From Vicugna vicugna (taxonomy: Eukaryota), in contig MU058213.1 of NCBI GenBank assembly GCA_013265495.1, positions 1,550,001 through 1,614,000 of the forward strand: a DNA stretch of 64,000 nt. Reading direction: 5' to 3'. Below the pieces are notes generated by a model that made no database searches, was not told where the DNA came from, and saw only the letters and a list, made by a program, of their open reading frames with translations. Shown here in pieces: positions 12,692-24,900 of this stretch. Made by a program: the position numbers and the translations under genes. Position 1 is the first letter of the stretch. Every line of letters starts with the position of its first letter.

Positions 12692-12820
12692 CTGCACTGT
12701 CCAATAAAGTAGCCACTAGCCACATGTGACTGTGGAGCACTTGAAATGTGACTAGTCTGAATTGAGACATTCTCTAAGTAAAAATATCACATAAAAGACC
12801 TAGTACAAAAATTAATGTGA
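12692..12820 (-). mobile_element. MER33 3' half (inverted relative to its 5' half)
   Basis: ctgcactgtccaataaagtagccactagccacatgtgactgtggagcacttgaaatgtgactagtctgaattgaga is the reverse complement of the MER33 right end. Confidence 0.85.
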
Positions 12821-13235
12821 CAGAAAAAGCATTTGACAAAATCCAGTATCTACTCATGATAAAAACTCTCAGTAAACTAGGAATAGAAGGGAACATTCTC
12901 AATTTAATGAAGACAATCTACAAATAACCTACAGCTAACATACTTAATGGTAAGAAACCTGAAGCTTTTCCACTAAGATCAGGTCCAAGGCAAAGATGTC
13001 TCCTTTCACCATAATATTCCTTTTCAACATAATATTGGAAATCCTTGCTAATGAAATAAGGCTAGAAAATATATAAATTGAGAAGAAAGACCTAAAACTA
13101 TCAGTTCACATATGACATAAGCGATGTATAAAATCTAAAGAATCAACAAAAAATTCTGAAACTAGTAAGTGATTAATAGCAAGATTGTAGGATACAAGGT
13201 TAATATACAAAATTCATTGCTTTCCTGTATAACAA
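12821..13235 (+). mobile_element. L1 ORF2 reverse-transcriptase fragment (flipped part of the L1MC insertion)
   Basis: gaaaaagcatttgacaaaatccag (EKAFDKIQ) ... ggatacaaggttaatatacaaaa (GYKVNIQ). Confidence 0.9.
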
Positions 13236-13236
13236 T

Positions 13237-13615
13237 TTTTCTATTAAGTTCCCTATTTCCTTTCAGGGGAATGAGTCTTATTTGTTCTTGTTTGTTATCT
13301 GTTCCAAATTTTAGACATTGTGAGATTTTTTTCTACCAGTCATCTGTTGAATATATCAAAGTGTGAACAAAAATCCTTATCTTCCATGTAGTCAGTCCAG
13401 CAATTTTTCCCTTCAAGGCTCTGTTCTTGTTTTGTTGGAAATTCTCCTGTTTTTTTGTTCTTCTTCTTCTTTATTTCACTGAGTTTAGCCTTTTCTTACC
13501 TTTTCCTTTTTTTCTGAGTTTATTCTGTTCCTACTCTTATCTAGATTTTTAAGTTAAATTATTGTCACTAACTTTCATTCCTTCTAGTATGTGTGTGTGT
13601 GTGTGTGTGTGTGTA

Positions 13616-13658
<43 letters not shown>

Positions 13659-14330
13659 AAAAAATTAAGACTCCAAATCTCCTTCTTAGTATTGCATTAA
13701 GTATAAGCAATACACTTTGTCATTTAATGCTTTTATGTACCTCATAATTTCCCTGGTCATTTCTGCTTAATCCTAGAGGTTATTTGATAATATGTATTTA
13801 GATTTCTAGACATAAAAAATAAAGGTGTGATTTTGCTATAAATGTTTTTATTGCATTGTAAACAAAAAACACATTATATATGATGCTCATCTTCAGAATT
13901 TATTGAAGTTTTGTTTGTGACTTACTACATGATTAATTTTGTGAATTTTTATATGTGCTCTTAGTGAAGGTTTATTCTATGCCCATTAGCTATATTGTTT
14001 ATATATTTAGAACAAAATTATTTATCATTTTATTTAATCTTTGATTCATCAGTTCCTGAGGGGTGCAATTTATCTATTTCTCCCTGTAATTCTATCAATT
14101 GTTTTATCAATTTTGAAGATATATTGTTGATAACATATTATTTATGATTATTATATATTCTTGTTATGTTATTCCTTTGCTACTGTATAATGATCATATT
14201 TGTTTCTTACTTAACCTTCTTTGTCATGTAAGTTTTAAATTCCTTTTAAAGATACTATATATTCTTAAAATGTTGACTTTTGATTGATGAAGCTAAATCA
14301 TTTACATTTATAATAACCATGGTTTTTTAA
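13237..14330 (-). mobile_element. Highly degenerate old L1 fragments
   Basis: T-rich L1 antisense pattern: cagaatttattgaagttttgtttgtgactt...attaattttgtgaat...tctccctgtaattctatcaatt. Confidence 0.6.
13589..13658. repeat. Compound (TG)n-(TAAA)n microsatellite
   Basis: Direct inspection. Confidence 0.95.
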
Positions 14331-15194
14331 TTTTTTTTTTTTGGCCATGTGGTCTCATGTTTTCTGTTTGCTATATTTCCTTTGTTTTATTTTGTTTTTA
14401 TTTTTCAACTTCCCCTCACATACCCATTTTTTGATTGTCTAGTGGATTGGTTGAATTTTATTTTGCTGTTTTGAGTTATGTTTCCAAACTTATATGTTGT
14501 GCTCTCTCTCCTCGAAAGTATACATTTATATCAAATGTTGAATTGATTCTCTGATTTTTCTTGCTTCATGTTTCTTATAGTCTTCCTAATCTCTCTTAGA
14601 TTATTAACAATGTATGTTTTTACTTCTTATTCTGTTCTGTGAGTTTTGCTACTTCTGGTACAAGTTAACCCATCCATTGGTTGCCTCTCCTTCATAGCTC
14701 TCATGCTTCTCAGATTCTTGTAATGTTTCCATTTTATCTCATTTTTATCCTTTGGGATGTCAGCTAACTTGATTGACAATGTCCTCCTGGAAGATGCACA
14801 AAAATCTAGGCCATACCCTAGGCTCCTTTGAGCGAGCTTAGGGGTCTAGGTGTACTTTAAGAAGGAGAGCCTCAAGTATTCCAATCTGGGTTAAGCCGCT
14901 TCTTTATTTTTACCCAGGTATTGCTCTTACCTACCAGTAGACCACTGTGAAGGGATGAGATGGAAAAATGGAGGAAGGAAGCTCCCCTGCTGCTCAGACA
15001 GATACATCTGTTTCATCATCAATGTCACTGAGAGAGTGAGCTGTGATTGCTACAGTCTGGTGAGTATATTCAGGCTCATGCAGGTGTCGCTTTTGTTGTT
15101 TTGTTTTCAAGAGTATTTTTTTTTTTTTTTGCCAGTCTCTGAGTCTCTGAACATTTCCTTTTATGCTCTGGTCTTACCCAAGGCAAAATAATGG

Positions 15195-15570
15195 GATTGG
15201 AGCACAGTAGAGTGGAAAAGTAATTAGACTAGGAGTGAGAAAAACTGAATTCTAGTTTTGCATCTCTAGAGAGAAGAATTTCTATAGCAATTAGTCTTCG
15301 AAGATGCTAAGTAATTTTATATTAGTATGTGGTCCTATATTTTCTTTCCTTCTCTCCACCCCGAGATTTACCATGCACATCAAGACTAATGAACCCTGCA
15401 GAAACTTGTTGAACTTATTTCATCTAAGATTTCCCAAAATTATTTGACCTTGAAATCCTGTACCTGAAGACAGCATGTTAGATCCTGGGCGACTATTGTC
15501 TGAGAACGAACTTTAGGAAATATTAGTCTGCAAATTCAATTTTCTCATTTATGAAAATTGGACTATGAAT
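15195..15570 (+). mobile_element. MIR interrupted by a MER103C-like hAT-Charlie element (~15275-15527)
   Basis: MIR head agtagagtggaaaag...gactaggagtgag; gagatttaccatgcacat...tttcccaaaattatttgacc...actttaggaaatatt; MIR resumes ttttctcatttatgaaaattgg. Confidence 0.6.
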
Positions 15571-15939
15571 TATATATTGCATCTGTTGTTTATACTGTGT
15601 CACTTCCCCTGTGTCCATTCAGTGTTTTTTTTTCTTGCTGTGTCCTTGCTCCTTCTGATGTCCCAGTTCTTTAGATTGGAACTGCAATTGGCTTAAGGTG
15701 TTATAACCCACCCCCCACATTACTGGCATATTAATTGAGTGGGGTTCTGAGTTTCAGAAAATTTTCATGATCTGACCCAAAGGAGTGATTTACTAATGGT
15801 GGAATTTCAGGCACTGTGACAAGTGCTTGACAAATGTTTTCTGGATCCATGGCGCTTTCTCATTGTCCCTCCAATAATGTCATCTATCTAGCCACCTCCT
15901 TATAAGACCAGAACTATTTTGCTCTAAGTGGAGGGGCAG

Positions 15940-16380
15940 GGAGTTAGCAGCCTCCAGTTACTGATCCTTTCTTTGAACCACTTAATGGATATAAAAGCTC
16001 AACTTTACAAGAGGAACAGTTGTTATTCCCTCGCCTAGATAATGATTTCTTTATCCAAAATGTCCCCTTTGTATCTTCATGACAATAAAATGGGGAAAAT
16101 GGATTTTTTAAAAAAGTAATTACACAATTGACCATGTGATAAATCCACTTAATAGGCAAGAATTATCTGCTTTGGCTGCCTTCACAGCCCAAATTCACAA
16201 AGTAATTTGCAACTCATTCACTGGCATTCAGCTTTATCTCTTAACATGAGACTTGAAATTAGACAAAGTTATAACAAGCTGCATGTCTTTTAGTGAAAGA
16301 TGGTCACCAGGGCTTATCAAGTGAAGCGATTACCTAGTGTGACACCTAACCTGTTGCTACAATACAGAAGGGAGATCCAC
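15940..16380. promoter_or_regulatory. Candidate conserved non-coding element
   Basis: Repeat-free; TAATTA 16117-16122, several GATA sites, TGACACCT 16340-16347. Confidence 0.4.
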
Positions 16381-16849
16381 CTTCCCTGGGTATGACATCT
16401 CCAACCCTCAGGACCTGGGATCCGTTGCTACTTGGGATCTTGTCATGGCAAGTAGATGGAGGGGGATTGGTAGATAGACTCCTTGGGTCTCATACTTGAG
16501 TGAATTACTTAGCTCTTCCTCATCAGTCAGTCAAGGTTCCATTTAAACCAATGTCTTTTTATTATTGACTGTTTGTGTCCACCTGTTTTTCCTGGTAAAG
16601 GTAAGTTATCATTGTTATCATCATTGTGATGGAGAGAAATCAGGAATTATCAGGAAGCAGGTGACCCAGGTAAAGTAGAGAGATGTTGGAGTCAGAAGGG
16701 GAAGTGCTTCTGAGACAGGAATACATTTTTTGACTAAAGTTATATAGTAGCTGTTAGGAATAGCAGTTCACTGTTCTGTTAATATAGTCTCATCTTCATA
16801 CATTAATTAAATGCATGTTTACAATGACATATTCACACTATGACATATT

Positions 16850-17059
16850 CTGTGAGGAATGCTAGAGCTACTACAGCCCTTCAGGGTTGTCTGGAGTTGT
16901 CTGGGTCAAGATGGTCAGACTTTTAGCCTCTGTTGATCAGTCTTAGGAAGCACAGTCCTGGGAAGGAGTGTGACCTTAAAGCAGGCATTTCTCTGCAGCT
17001 GAGGCTGTCTTCCCTCAGCAGAAGGGGGATCTGGGTGGTATATCACAATATCAACTACA
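16850..17059 (-). mobile_element. LTR16-family (ERVL) LTR 5' fragment
   Basis: Reverse strand reads tgtagttgatattgtgatataccacccagatccccctt...aaggtcacactccttccc...gacaaccctgaagggc. Confidence 0.75.
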
Positions 17060-17084
17060 CCATCATGTTTTTGTTGGAAGAATC

Positions 17085-17250
17085 TTCAAGCTATTTAACT
17101 CCTAGGAACCTCAGTGTGCTTTTAGTAAAATGAGGCTAAAAATATGTATTATGCTGGGATTGTTGTAAAAACGTAATTAATTCTTGTTTGTTAATGAATT
17201 TAAAATACAAATACTTAGCACACAGTCTTTCACATAGTAGGTACTCAAGA
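17085..17250 (+). mobile_element. MIR fragment
   Basis: aacctcagtgtgcttttagtaaaatgagg...acttagcacacagtctttcacatagtaggtactcaa. Confidence 0.7.
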
Positions 17251-18659
17251 AATGGTGATGGTGATGATGATGTTATTAAACTGTTAAGGTTCTGAGTATT
17301 AGATAAAAGAACTTGGTCCTTAGTTTCTCTTTTGGTCTCAGATTAATTGTTCTCTTGTCAATGTATCTATGCTTTATATTATCTCAAATCCTTGTTTTAG
17401 AAACTGACAGAGTAATAATCAGACAATGTAAAATTTTTTGATCAAAATATAATTAATCACTTTTAATTATAACTGATATACTGTATTAAACCTATGTTTT
17501 CTATTCTCAACAACTCTTATTATTCTGTAACCTTCTTCCCACCCAAAGCGGTGGCCAGAGCATTCCTGAGCTTATTGCTTCAGGGAAGGGATAATGTAGT
17601 TGAGTAAAAGCCAAATTCTCATTTTTGAGTTTCAATAGCTGAAGTCCTGGCATAAATAATAGATTTAGGAGACTAAGTGATCATTCAGTGTCCATTTGTC
17701 CAAAGTTAGAGGTAATGAAGGGAAGAAGAGGAAACAGAATGGAGTTCAGATCCTGGTAGGCCCTTGGGAAGGGCTTGTATCCTACCATTCCTGCCATGGC
17801 TTGTCTGGGGGAGGGGCAGCTAGGTAAGAGAATCCAAGAGTGGGTTTGCAAAGTACCTTCCTTCTTGAGCATATCTTAGGAAGCAATGAGATTTATAGAT
17901 CTCCCTGTGTGGCCAGTATGGTATGGTAATGGCAAAACAAATGGCTGTGAGCAATGTCCAGGCAGACAGTCCCAGGACAATCTTAAGAGGTTCTCTACTT
18001 CCCAGTATGTCTGGGGAGAGCAACAGAATGTGCACATGTGGCACAGTGTGACTTCGAAACTAGTGGACCTGAATGGGTCTTGTAACCAGGATTGAGATGA
18101 ACATAGCAGCATCTGGATGGCCTATGTATGGACACTGGACAGAACCAGTAGTATCCCAGTGGATGCTACTATAGGGAGATGACACCCGAGGGTCAGGCAG
18201 GTGATTGTTCTCTTCCACTCAACTAGGGATCAAATGTATCCATGGGGAAAAAGAGACTGATATCTTGATTTGGCCAGCTTACCCCAAACAGACTGTAATG
18301 AACTCAACCACTAGCAGAATGGGGCTCCTGTTAGAAGTTATGTTTAGTTACAGAAAAATATAGAAAGACATATTTCCTCACAGCAAAATGTATGGTTTTG
18401 ATATTCATACACTTGAAATGTATTAATCTGTGGAGCAATAGCCTGTTTTCAGGCATTTTGCTTATGTTATCTTACTTGAGCATGGTAACAACTGTCTAGA
18501 GGGCATACATTATTATCTTTATTTTAGAAATTAAGAATTTTTGTGATTTTCTCAAAGTCACAGAAGATAGAAAAAAATACAAACCCTATTAAATGTAATG
18601 TAAGGTCTGGGATTAAACTTACTTTTCTACTAACAAGTACAGATATCTGTAAAATAGTA

Positions 18660-18918
18660 TTTACTGACATTTAATAAGCATCAGTTATATATTAGACACT
18701 GCTTTATATGCTTTGAACAGGATTAATTTATTTAATCCTCATAACAATGCTAGGATACAAGCATTGTATGTTATATTGTCCCCATTATACAGATTAGAAA
18801 ACTGAGGCATAGAGAAGTCAAGTAACATATTCAACATTACACAAACCATGAGTGTAGAATCATCCTTTGAACTCAAACAGTCTGACTCCAGTGCCTACAC
18901 TCCTAACAACTCTTCTAC
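18660..18918 (-). mobile_element. MIR, near full length
   Basis: atttaatcctcataacaat...cccattatacagattagaaaactgaggcatagagaagtcaagtaac...tttgaactcaaacagtctgactccag. Confidence 0.9.
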
Positions 18919-18919
18919 A

Positions 18920-19432
18920 GTAGCAGCTGTTTTGGTTCCCCACTTCTACCTTTCTAACAGACTTCAGTTGTGTTCAGGTATCCACCATACTGTAGCTCCA
19001 TGAGTGGAACCTGATTATTCTAGGTCAGACATGGTGCTCCCATTCTTCTTCCTAGAGCGATCAGTTTAGAGCCCAATTTATGTATGGTATTCCTCTGGTA
19101 ACTCATTGGCTTGAAAGTTGGTGCTTGATCTAAGACAGCTCAGGAAAATTACAGAAAACACTTATATTCCAAGGGTAGGAGGGAGATTGTTTTTCTCCCC
19201 TTTGGATATGCACAATGAAGTAAGCTGCTACTGACAGCCACCTTGAAGTCGTCCATGGACAAGACTCTGGGAAGAATAGGGAGGAAGCCAGAGCCAATAG
19301 AAGTGCAGGGAAGCAGAATTGGAGCTCACCCTTCATCTGCCCTTCCAGCTATAAGGGATAATACATTTTCTCATTATTTATATCAGTTTGAGCAAGACTT
19401 TCTGCTGCTTGTAGCTATAATGCCTGTATTAA
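18920..19432 (+). mobile_element. MLT1J/K-like solo LTR
   Basis: gctgctactgacagccaccttg; 3' end aatacattttctcattatttatatcagtttgagcaagactttctgctgcttgtagc. Confidence 0.65.
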
Positions 19433-20065
19433 GCTCTACTATTTTATCATATAGTTTAAGGAGATGCCTATTGCAGCAATGAGATTCACAATTTAATCCT
19501 GTAGATAGGGTAATGTAACTGCTGTTATTGCTTTGGGAGATACCAATATTCTGTTATTAACAATGTATGAAAGGGAGAATACTTGTGGCAAAGAATATTC
19601 TACCACCAAGATGTAAGAAAACAAATAGACTCTTTTTAAGTTTCTAAGTCCATGTTTCTATACTCAAAGTTGCTATTGTCCCTATGACTTATCATTGTAA
19701 CAGCCCTAAGTCTTCTGCTGTGTTGGTTATATAGGTTTTTCAGGAGTATGACCACTGGAAAGAGTTAGAGGAATATGAAGAAATGCTCCTTTTGCACGTG
19801 TCTGTTTGTGTAATGGGTACCTGTTGAATTGCCGACTACCCAATACCCTTTCCTCTAGGAACTCTTCTTCCCACCTCATCTACATATTTGCAATAAGCAG
19901 TACTCTGTCCTCACAGTGTGACTCCTCTACATGGCCTCAGTTGGTCTGCTCAGAGTTAGTTTCTTCTTTAGGAATTTTGGGACTCATTCTGAAAGAGGGA
20001 GAGGGAGATAAAGAGGCGCGAAGGATGGAGGAAGGGAAAGGAGCAGGGAGAGAGAAGAGGATACT

Positions 20066-20150
20066 GAGAGAGAGAGAGAGAGAGAGAGAGACGGGAGTGG
20101 TGGGGGAGAGAGACTGAGAGAGAGAGAGAAAGAGAGAAGACAGAAGAAAA
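20066..20150. repeat. (GA)n purine tract
   Basis: Direct inspection. Confidence 0.9.
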
Positions 20151-20209
20151 GAAACCAGGCTTTCAGGGAGGAGTACAAACAAAAAAATATACTGTACTGA
20201 TACTTCCTT

Positions 20210-20945
20210 TAATTATTTTCATTTTAAAATATTTTAGATTTACACAAGAATTGCAAAGACAGATCATAGAGTTCACATATACCCTTTATCCAGCTTCCCT
20301 TAATATTAACCTCTTCTATAACCATGGTCCAATTGTCCAAAACTAAGAAATTGTGGCATTAACTAAACTGTAGACTTTATCTAGATTTTGCCAGCTTATC
20401 CAGTAATGTTCTTTGCTGTTCCAGGATCCAATCTAGGATACTACATTAAATTTTGTCATCATTTCTCCATAGCCACCTTCAATTGGTGACAATTTTTTGG
20501 TTTTTTTCTTTTCTTTTGATATTTTGATACTTCTATGAGTACTGGCCAGATATTTTGTAGACTGTCTCATGATTTCGGTTTGTCTGATGTTTTTTTCTCC
20601 TGATTTGACTGTGGTTTTGGGTTTTGGGAAGAATTCCACAGTAGTGGCGTGCCTGTCTCATTGCATCATGTCTGAGGTATGTGCTATCAACATGACATTT
20701 CAGTGGCAAGGATGACCTTGATCACGTGGCTAAGGTGGTGTCTGCCAGGTGCCGCCACAGCTATGTTACTAATGTACCTTTTCTGGATCTGTTCATTAGA
20801 AGCAAGTCACTAAGTCCAGCCCCCTTTTAAGGGGAAGGGAATTAAGCTTTACCTATGGAGTGTGTATCGAAAATGTTGTGGATAGATGTTAAAATCACTG
20901 CAGTAATTAATACATGTTTTAGGAAAGATACTTTGGAACTAGACA
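20210..20945 (-). mobile_element. L1MC4-like 3' end
   Basis: tttagatttacacaagaattgcaaag...ctgttccaggatccaatctaggatactacatt...accttgatcacgtggctaaggtggtgtctgccagg. Confidence 0.85.
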
Positions 20946-21015
20946 CATATCCTCTCCTGTTCATTTCTGAGCCTTGAGTTTTCATTCATTTCTCAAGCCT
21001 GACTATTTTCTTCTT

Positions 21016-21484
21016 TGTGCTGGGCATCTTCCATATGCTCTTCCAGATCCACTCTTCATCCTTCTCCATCCTTCTCCATCCCCTCTCTGCCTTAGAAGAC
21101 TTCCCTGCATTACATCCATGGGGCTTTACTCTCTGGCTTCTGGTTGAGGAGCAGCAGGAGATTTGAGAGGGAAAGAGTAGGGTTCATATATTTTCCCTGC
21201 ACCTTCCAGGAGGGGCCACCTCTGGCTCTTTGTGTCCCTCAAAAGAAGGCAGTCAGATACACATGCTTTTTTCTCCTTCAGGCTCTGGTGACCTTCCTTC
21301 CTTCTTGTCCTTTCTGGTGACAGCTCTATTGCAGCAAGACCAGGGTCCTGCCCTGTTGCTCATTGCTTCCCATATTCCACCTATACCTTTGTTATTAGTC
21401 TCTTTGTAAATAAATCCTCCTTGAATTATCCTCAACTGAATGTGCCATTGTTTTTTTGTTGTTGTTGGGATTCTGACGCATACA
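21016..21484 (+). mobile_element. LTR33 (ERVL) solo LTR, full length
   Basis: TG...CA ends; ccagatccactcttcatccttctccatcc, ctctggcttctggttg, aataaa...tgtgccat...ctgacgcataca. Confidence 0.85.
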
Positions 21485-21669
21485 TTGACCATGGCTTCTA
21501 AGAGACATACTTCCATTATCCTTTTAAATCAATTCCTGAAAGAAAATATTTTCTTTTGTTTAAGTTGCTTTAAGTTGGGTTTTTATTTCTTTCAACCAAA
21601 AGTATCAGAGATTATAATGCTATCTTCTATGTAACTACAACAATAAGCTTTTCGTAACAGTTCATTTTA

Positions 21670-21888
21670 CTATGGGCTTTTATATGCATGCACCCATCTG
21701 AGTCTTGCACTAATCTGTGAAATATCAATCAGGGATATTTGTGCCTACTTTAGCAAATGAGTAAACTGAGGCATGAAGAGGCCAAATATCCTACTCAAGT
21801 TCTCAGAATTAGCATCTGGTAGAGCAGAGACTGGAGTCTAGTTCATCTGGTGATAATCCTGTATTTTTCTTAGAGAATCACCATGCCT
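21670..21888 (-). mobile_element. MIR
   Basis: caaatgagtaaactgaggcatgaagaggccaaat...ggtagagcagagactggagtctag. Confidence 0.75.
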
Positions 21889-22082
21889 TCAGATCTTAAA
21901 TACATATTCTCTACAGCTGTATCTGAGTAATCACTGTCTATAAGCCATAAACCTGCAGACCGCATGCCCATTAGTCTCAAAAGTGATAGAATCAAAGCCC
22001 AAGGCCTAATCTGGTACAGAGAAAAGGAGCTTTAGATTTTATCTTTATAAAATAATACCAGGCATTTGCCCTAATATATATA

Positions 22083-22294
22083 TTATTTCCTAAAATGCAT
22101 CATGAGGAAAACTAGCTTCTTAAAACATCCCTAGCATGAAAGGATTCCTGAGGATCACAAGGCACATTGACATACTAAACGCTCTGACAAAATCTGCAGC
22201 TACTTAGCTCATTTCATTATGTGTAACCAAGTTCTCCTCCCAGACTTCTTTTGAATAGAACCCTTTGGCTATGTCCATACCTTAGGAAGTGCTG
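22083..22294 (+). mobile_element. MER103C-like hAT-Charlie element
   Basis: gatcacaaggcacattgacatactaaacgctctgacaaaatctgcag; right end taccttaggaagtgctg. Confidence 0.55.
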
Positions 22295-23102
22295 GTATAG
22301 AATAGAAATAAAAATTGTATATAAAGCAACATCCAAGTTGAATTTCTCCTCCAAGCAACATAGATTTATAATATCCTAAAAATTGTTTAGCTGGGTCATT
22401 CAAACCACCCCCTGCCACTTTGGCAAGAGACAGACAGCAATGAATGGTCTATTTGGCTAAATCTACTGCCCAAATTCACTGGATAGGAGCCAACTCTAGA
22501 CTTGACTTTGAGTCTATGTAGACCTGTCTCCAACATAATAACTCCTATGTTGCAGAGTGATTTAGAGATAGATTAGGTTTCTTTTTATCCCATGACTTGT
22601 TGTTTCAACCTTGACCTAGTAAAATGGCCCCTTTTCAGGAGGAATTGGTAATGAAATCAGTGCCATCACTCAATTGCATATCCTTCAAAAGGCCAAGAAA
22701 AAAATGAATAGGAGGGATTCTACGAGAGAAATTCCAGTGTAATGTTTTTAGTTATAGCAAGCCAAGGAATTGGACCATTTTGTAAAAATCGCCATAGAAA
22801 ACATGGACTCAAAAGAGCCTGTGAAACTTTTCTTACTCCAAATTTCAATGACAGTACTACAAATAACTTAGAAAATTCCATTTTGAGATGAAATGAGCCT
22901 TTTTATAAGATTATGTTACAGAATTAGAGCATGATACCTGGAAAAAAGCCTAACAGTTCCTGGACCTTCTCTGAACCATTACAGTTGTTCTACATGTGTT
23001 CATGGACCAGTGAATGTGGAGATCTTGTGTTTTCATGTAACTTCCCTTTAGAAAAGCATTCAAAAGTTCTTCTCAAAAACTGAAAAAAAAAAGATTCTTA
23101 AT

Positions 23103-23314
23103 AAATGATTCTCAACTGGAAATGATTTTGTTCCCTAGGGGACATTTGGTAATGTCTGGAAACATTTTTGGTTTTCACTATTTGGTCTGTGTGTGAGGGT
23201 GTTACTTGCATCTAATGGGTACAGGCCAGAGATGCTGTTAAACATCCTACAATGCGCAGGACAGCCCACAATGAAGAATTATCCAGCCAATAGTGTCAAG
23301 GTTGAGAAGCCCTG
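23103..23314 (+). mobile_element. MER20, full length
   Basis: ttctcaactgg...ctaggggacatttggtaatgtctggaaacatttttggtt...ggccagagatgctgttaaacatcctacaatgcgcaggacagccc...ggttgagaagccctg. Confidence 0.92.
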
Positions 23315-23329
23315 CTCTAAAGGGTGTCT

Positions 23330-24900
23330 TGCTTAAATTGGTATCTCTTAAACACATGTACCAGGTCTGAGAACTATTTGCTAATTAAAGCACCTGCATT
23401 TTGATTTAAAATGTATGAGGACAAGGGACTTGAAATTTTGTCTCAAGCTGTTCTGGAAATGTAACCATGTAAAAATAAGCATAAATATCATTCAGCTGTA
23501 CCCTGTTAGTTCTTCAGACATTGGAAATATACTCTCAGAAGCATATAAATTATAGGCCTAGTGTTACCTGATTTAATTTGTGATATGCTCATTATATTCA
23601 TCACAACTACTGACTAAAAATGAGTGATGTTCTCAATGCATGGAAATGAGTAATTTTAGTGTTTGTTTCCCCCATAAAATTAATATCTAGTAATAACTCC
23701 AAGGGAACGACACATAAGCAGGTGAACATGTGCTTGCACACGTGCACACACACAATCACCCATAACGACAATGCAGTTCATGCTGCGCTTAAATTGTTTG
23801 CAAAGTATGAAAGCAATTACAGAACAAATTCCGTTCTCAATCTGCCTCTGTAAAAGGGGTCTGGCTCAGAGGTGCTCCAGAGTTATTTATGGCAGGAGCA
23901 AACAGAAGGGCTTAACTATGCAGATAAACTTCTCTTTCTTTTATGTGAGGCAGCAAAATAAACACCTTAACAGTTCATGGTTCCCAGAGTGCATTAGTTA
24001 ATCGGTCCAATATCATTCTAATTCTCCTTGTAGCTCATTGCATTGGAGCCTGTGAGCAGATAAAATGTGTCTTTAGCTACCATGTACTTATTCCAGTGAT
24101 TCTGTGGTTGATGGATGACTTTCTGAATTTTTGAAACAATGCCAGCCCAGGGCCTCGTGGTAGCCGCACAGCGCCCGAGATCTCTTGTTGTGCTTTGGGG
24201 CACGGGGAGGGAGGGAGGGGGCCTTGCAGTACGAGGTCTGGCTCAGTCATTTTCAAAATCAATACTTGCTCTCCAAGCCTTGGATAATTTAGAGAACATA
24301 ATTCAGAATTCTCCCTTTCAGCATGTATCCTCCATCAAAGGGGTGTTTTCATCCAGAGTCAGCACAATGTTTGTATGACCCAGGAAAGCACAGATAAGGT
24401 TAAAAAGAAAGAAAGAAAAAGTACATTTATTCTTTCCTTGTCTCTTTTTCCAAGCATCTTTTGGGCCCAGCGTGTGTGTGTTTGTATGCCTCATTGTGAA
24501 TATTTCTGTTTAGAACAGAGAACCTAAATTATGGTGTCTCATGGTATTACTTCATATTTGAGGCTTTTGGAGGGGGGTGTTTTCCATTATAAACCCTTAG
24601 CCTAAGGGATGTCAGCCTCAGATAATTTATTCCCAGCAGGTCAGATATAGGATACAAAAATTTTAGCCCAAGGGCTGTTAAATCCTGCTTTTCACCTCAT
24701 TTCAGAAGGTGCCATCAAAGTGGTGTTTTGTTGCAGTGATAAAATTCTGTGTTCCTATGCATAGAAGCAATAGGCTTCATTTGCTTAAAAACCAGTATGA
24801 CACCAATTATTTAATCCTTCAGACTCTATTCACTAGATTGCTCTAAAAAAGGAGCCCCAGTGGAAAACATCTTGGTCATTTAAGTACAAAGAGCTTGAGA
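23330..24900. promoter_or_regulatory. Candidate enhancer block
   Basis: No recognisable repeats; four CAGATAA, HOX-type CCATAAAA/TTTATGG, CACGTG, six CpGs in 24155-24235. Confidence 0.45.

Larger units (their letters stand above)
19808..21617 (+). mobile_element. MLT1K/L-like LTR split by L1MC4 and LTR33 insertions
   Basis: 5' tgtaatgggtacctgttg...cccaataccctt; 3' ttttgtttaagttgctttaagttgggtttttatttctttcaaccaaaagt. Confidence 0.6.
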
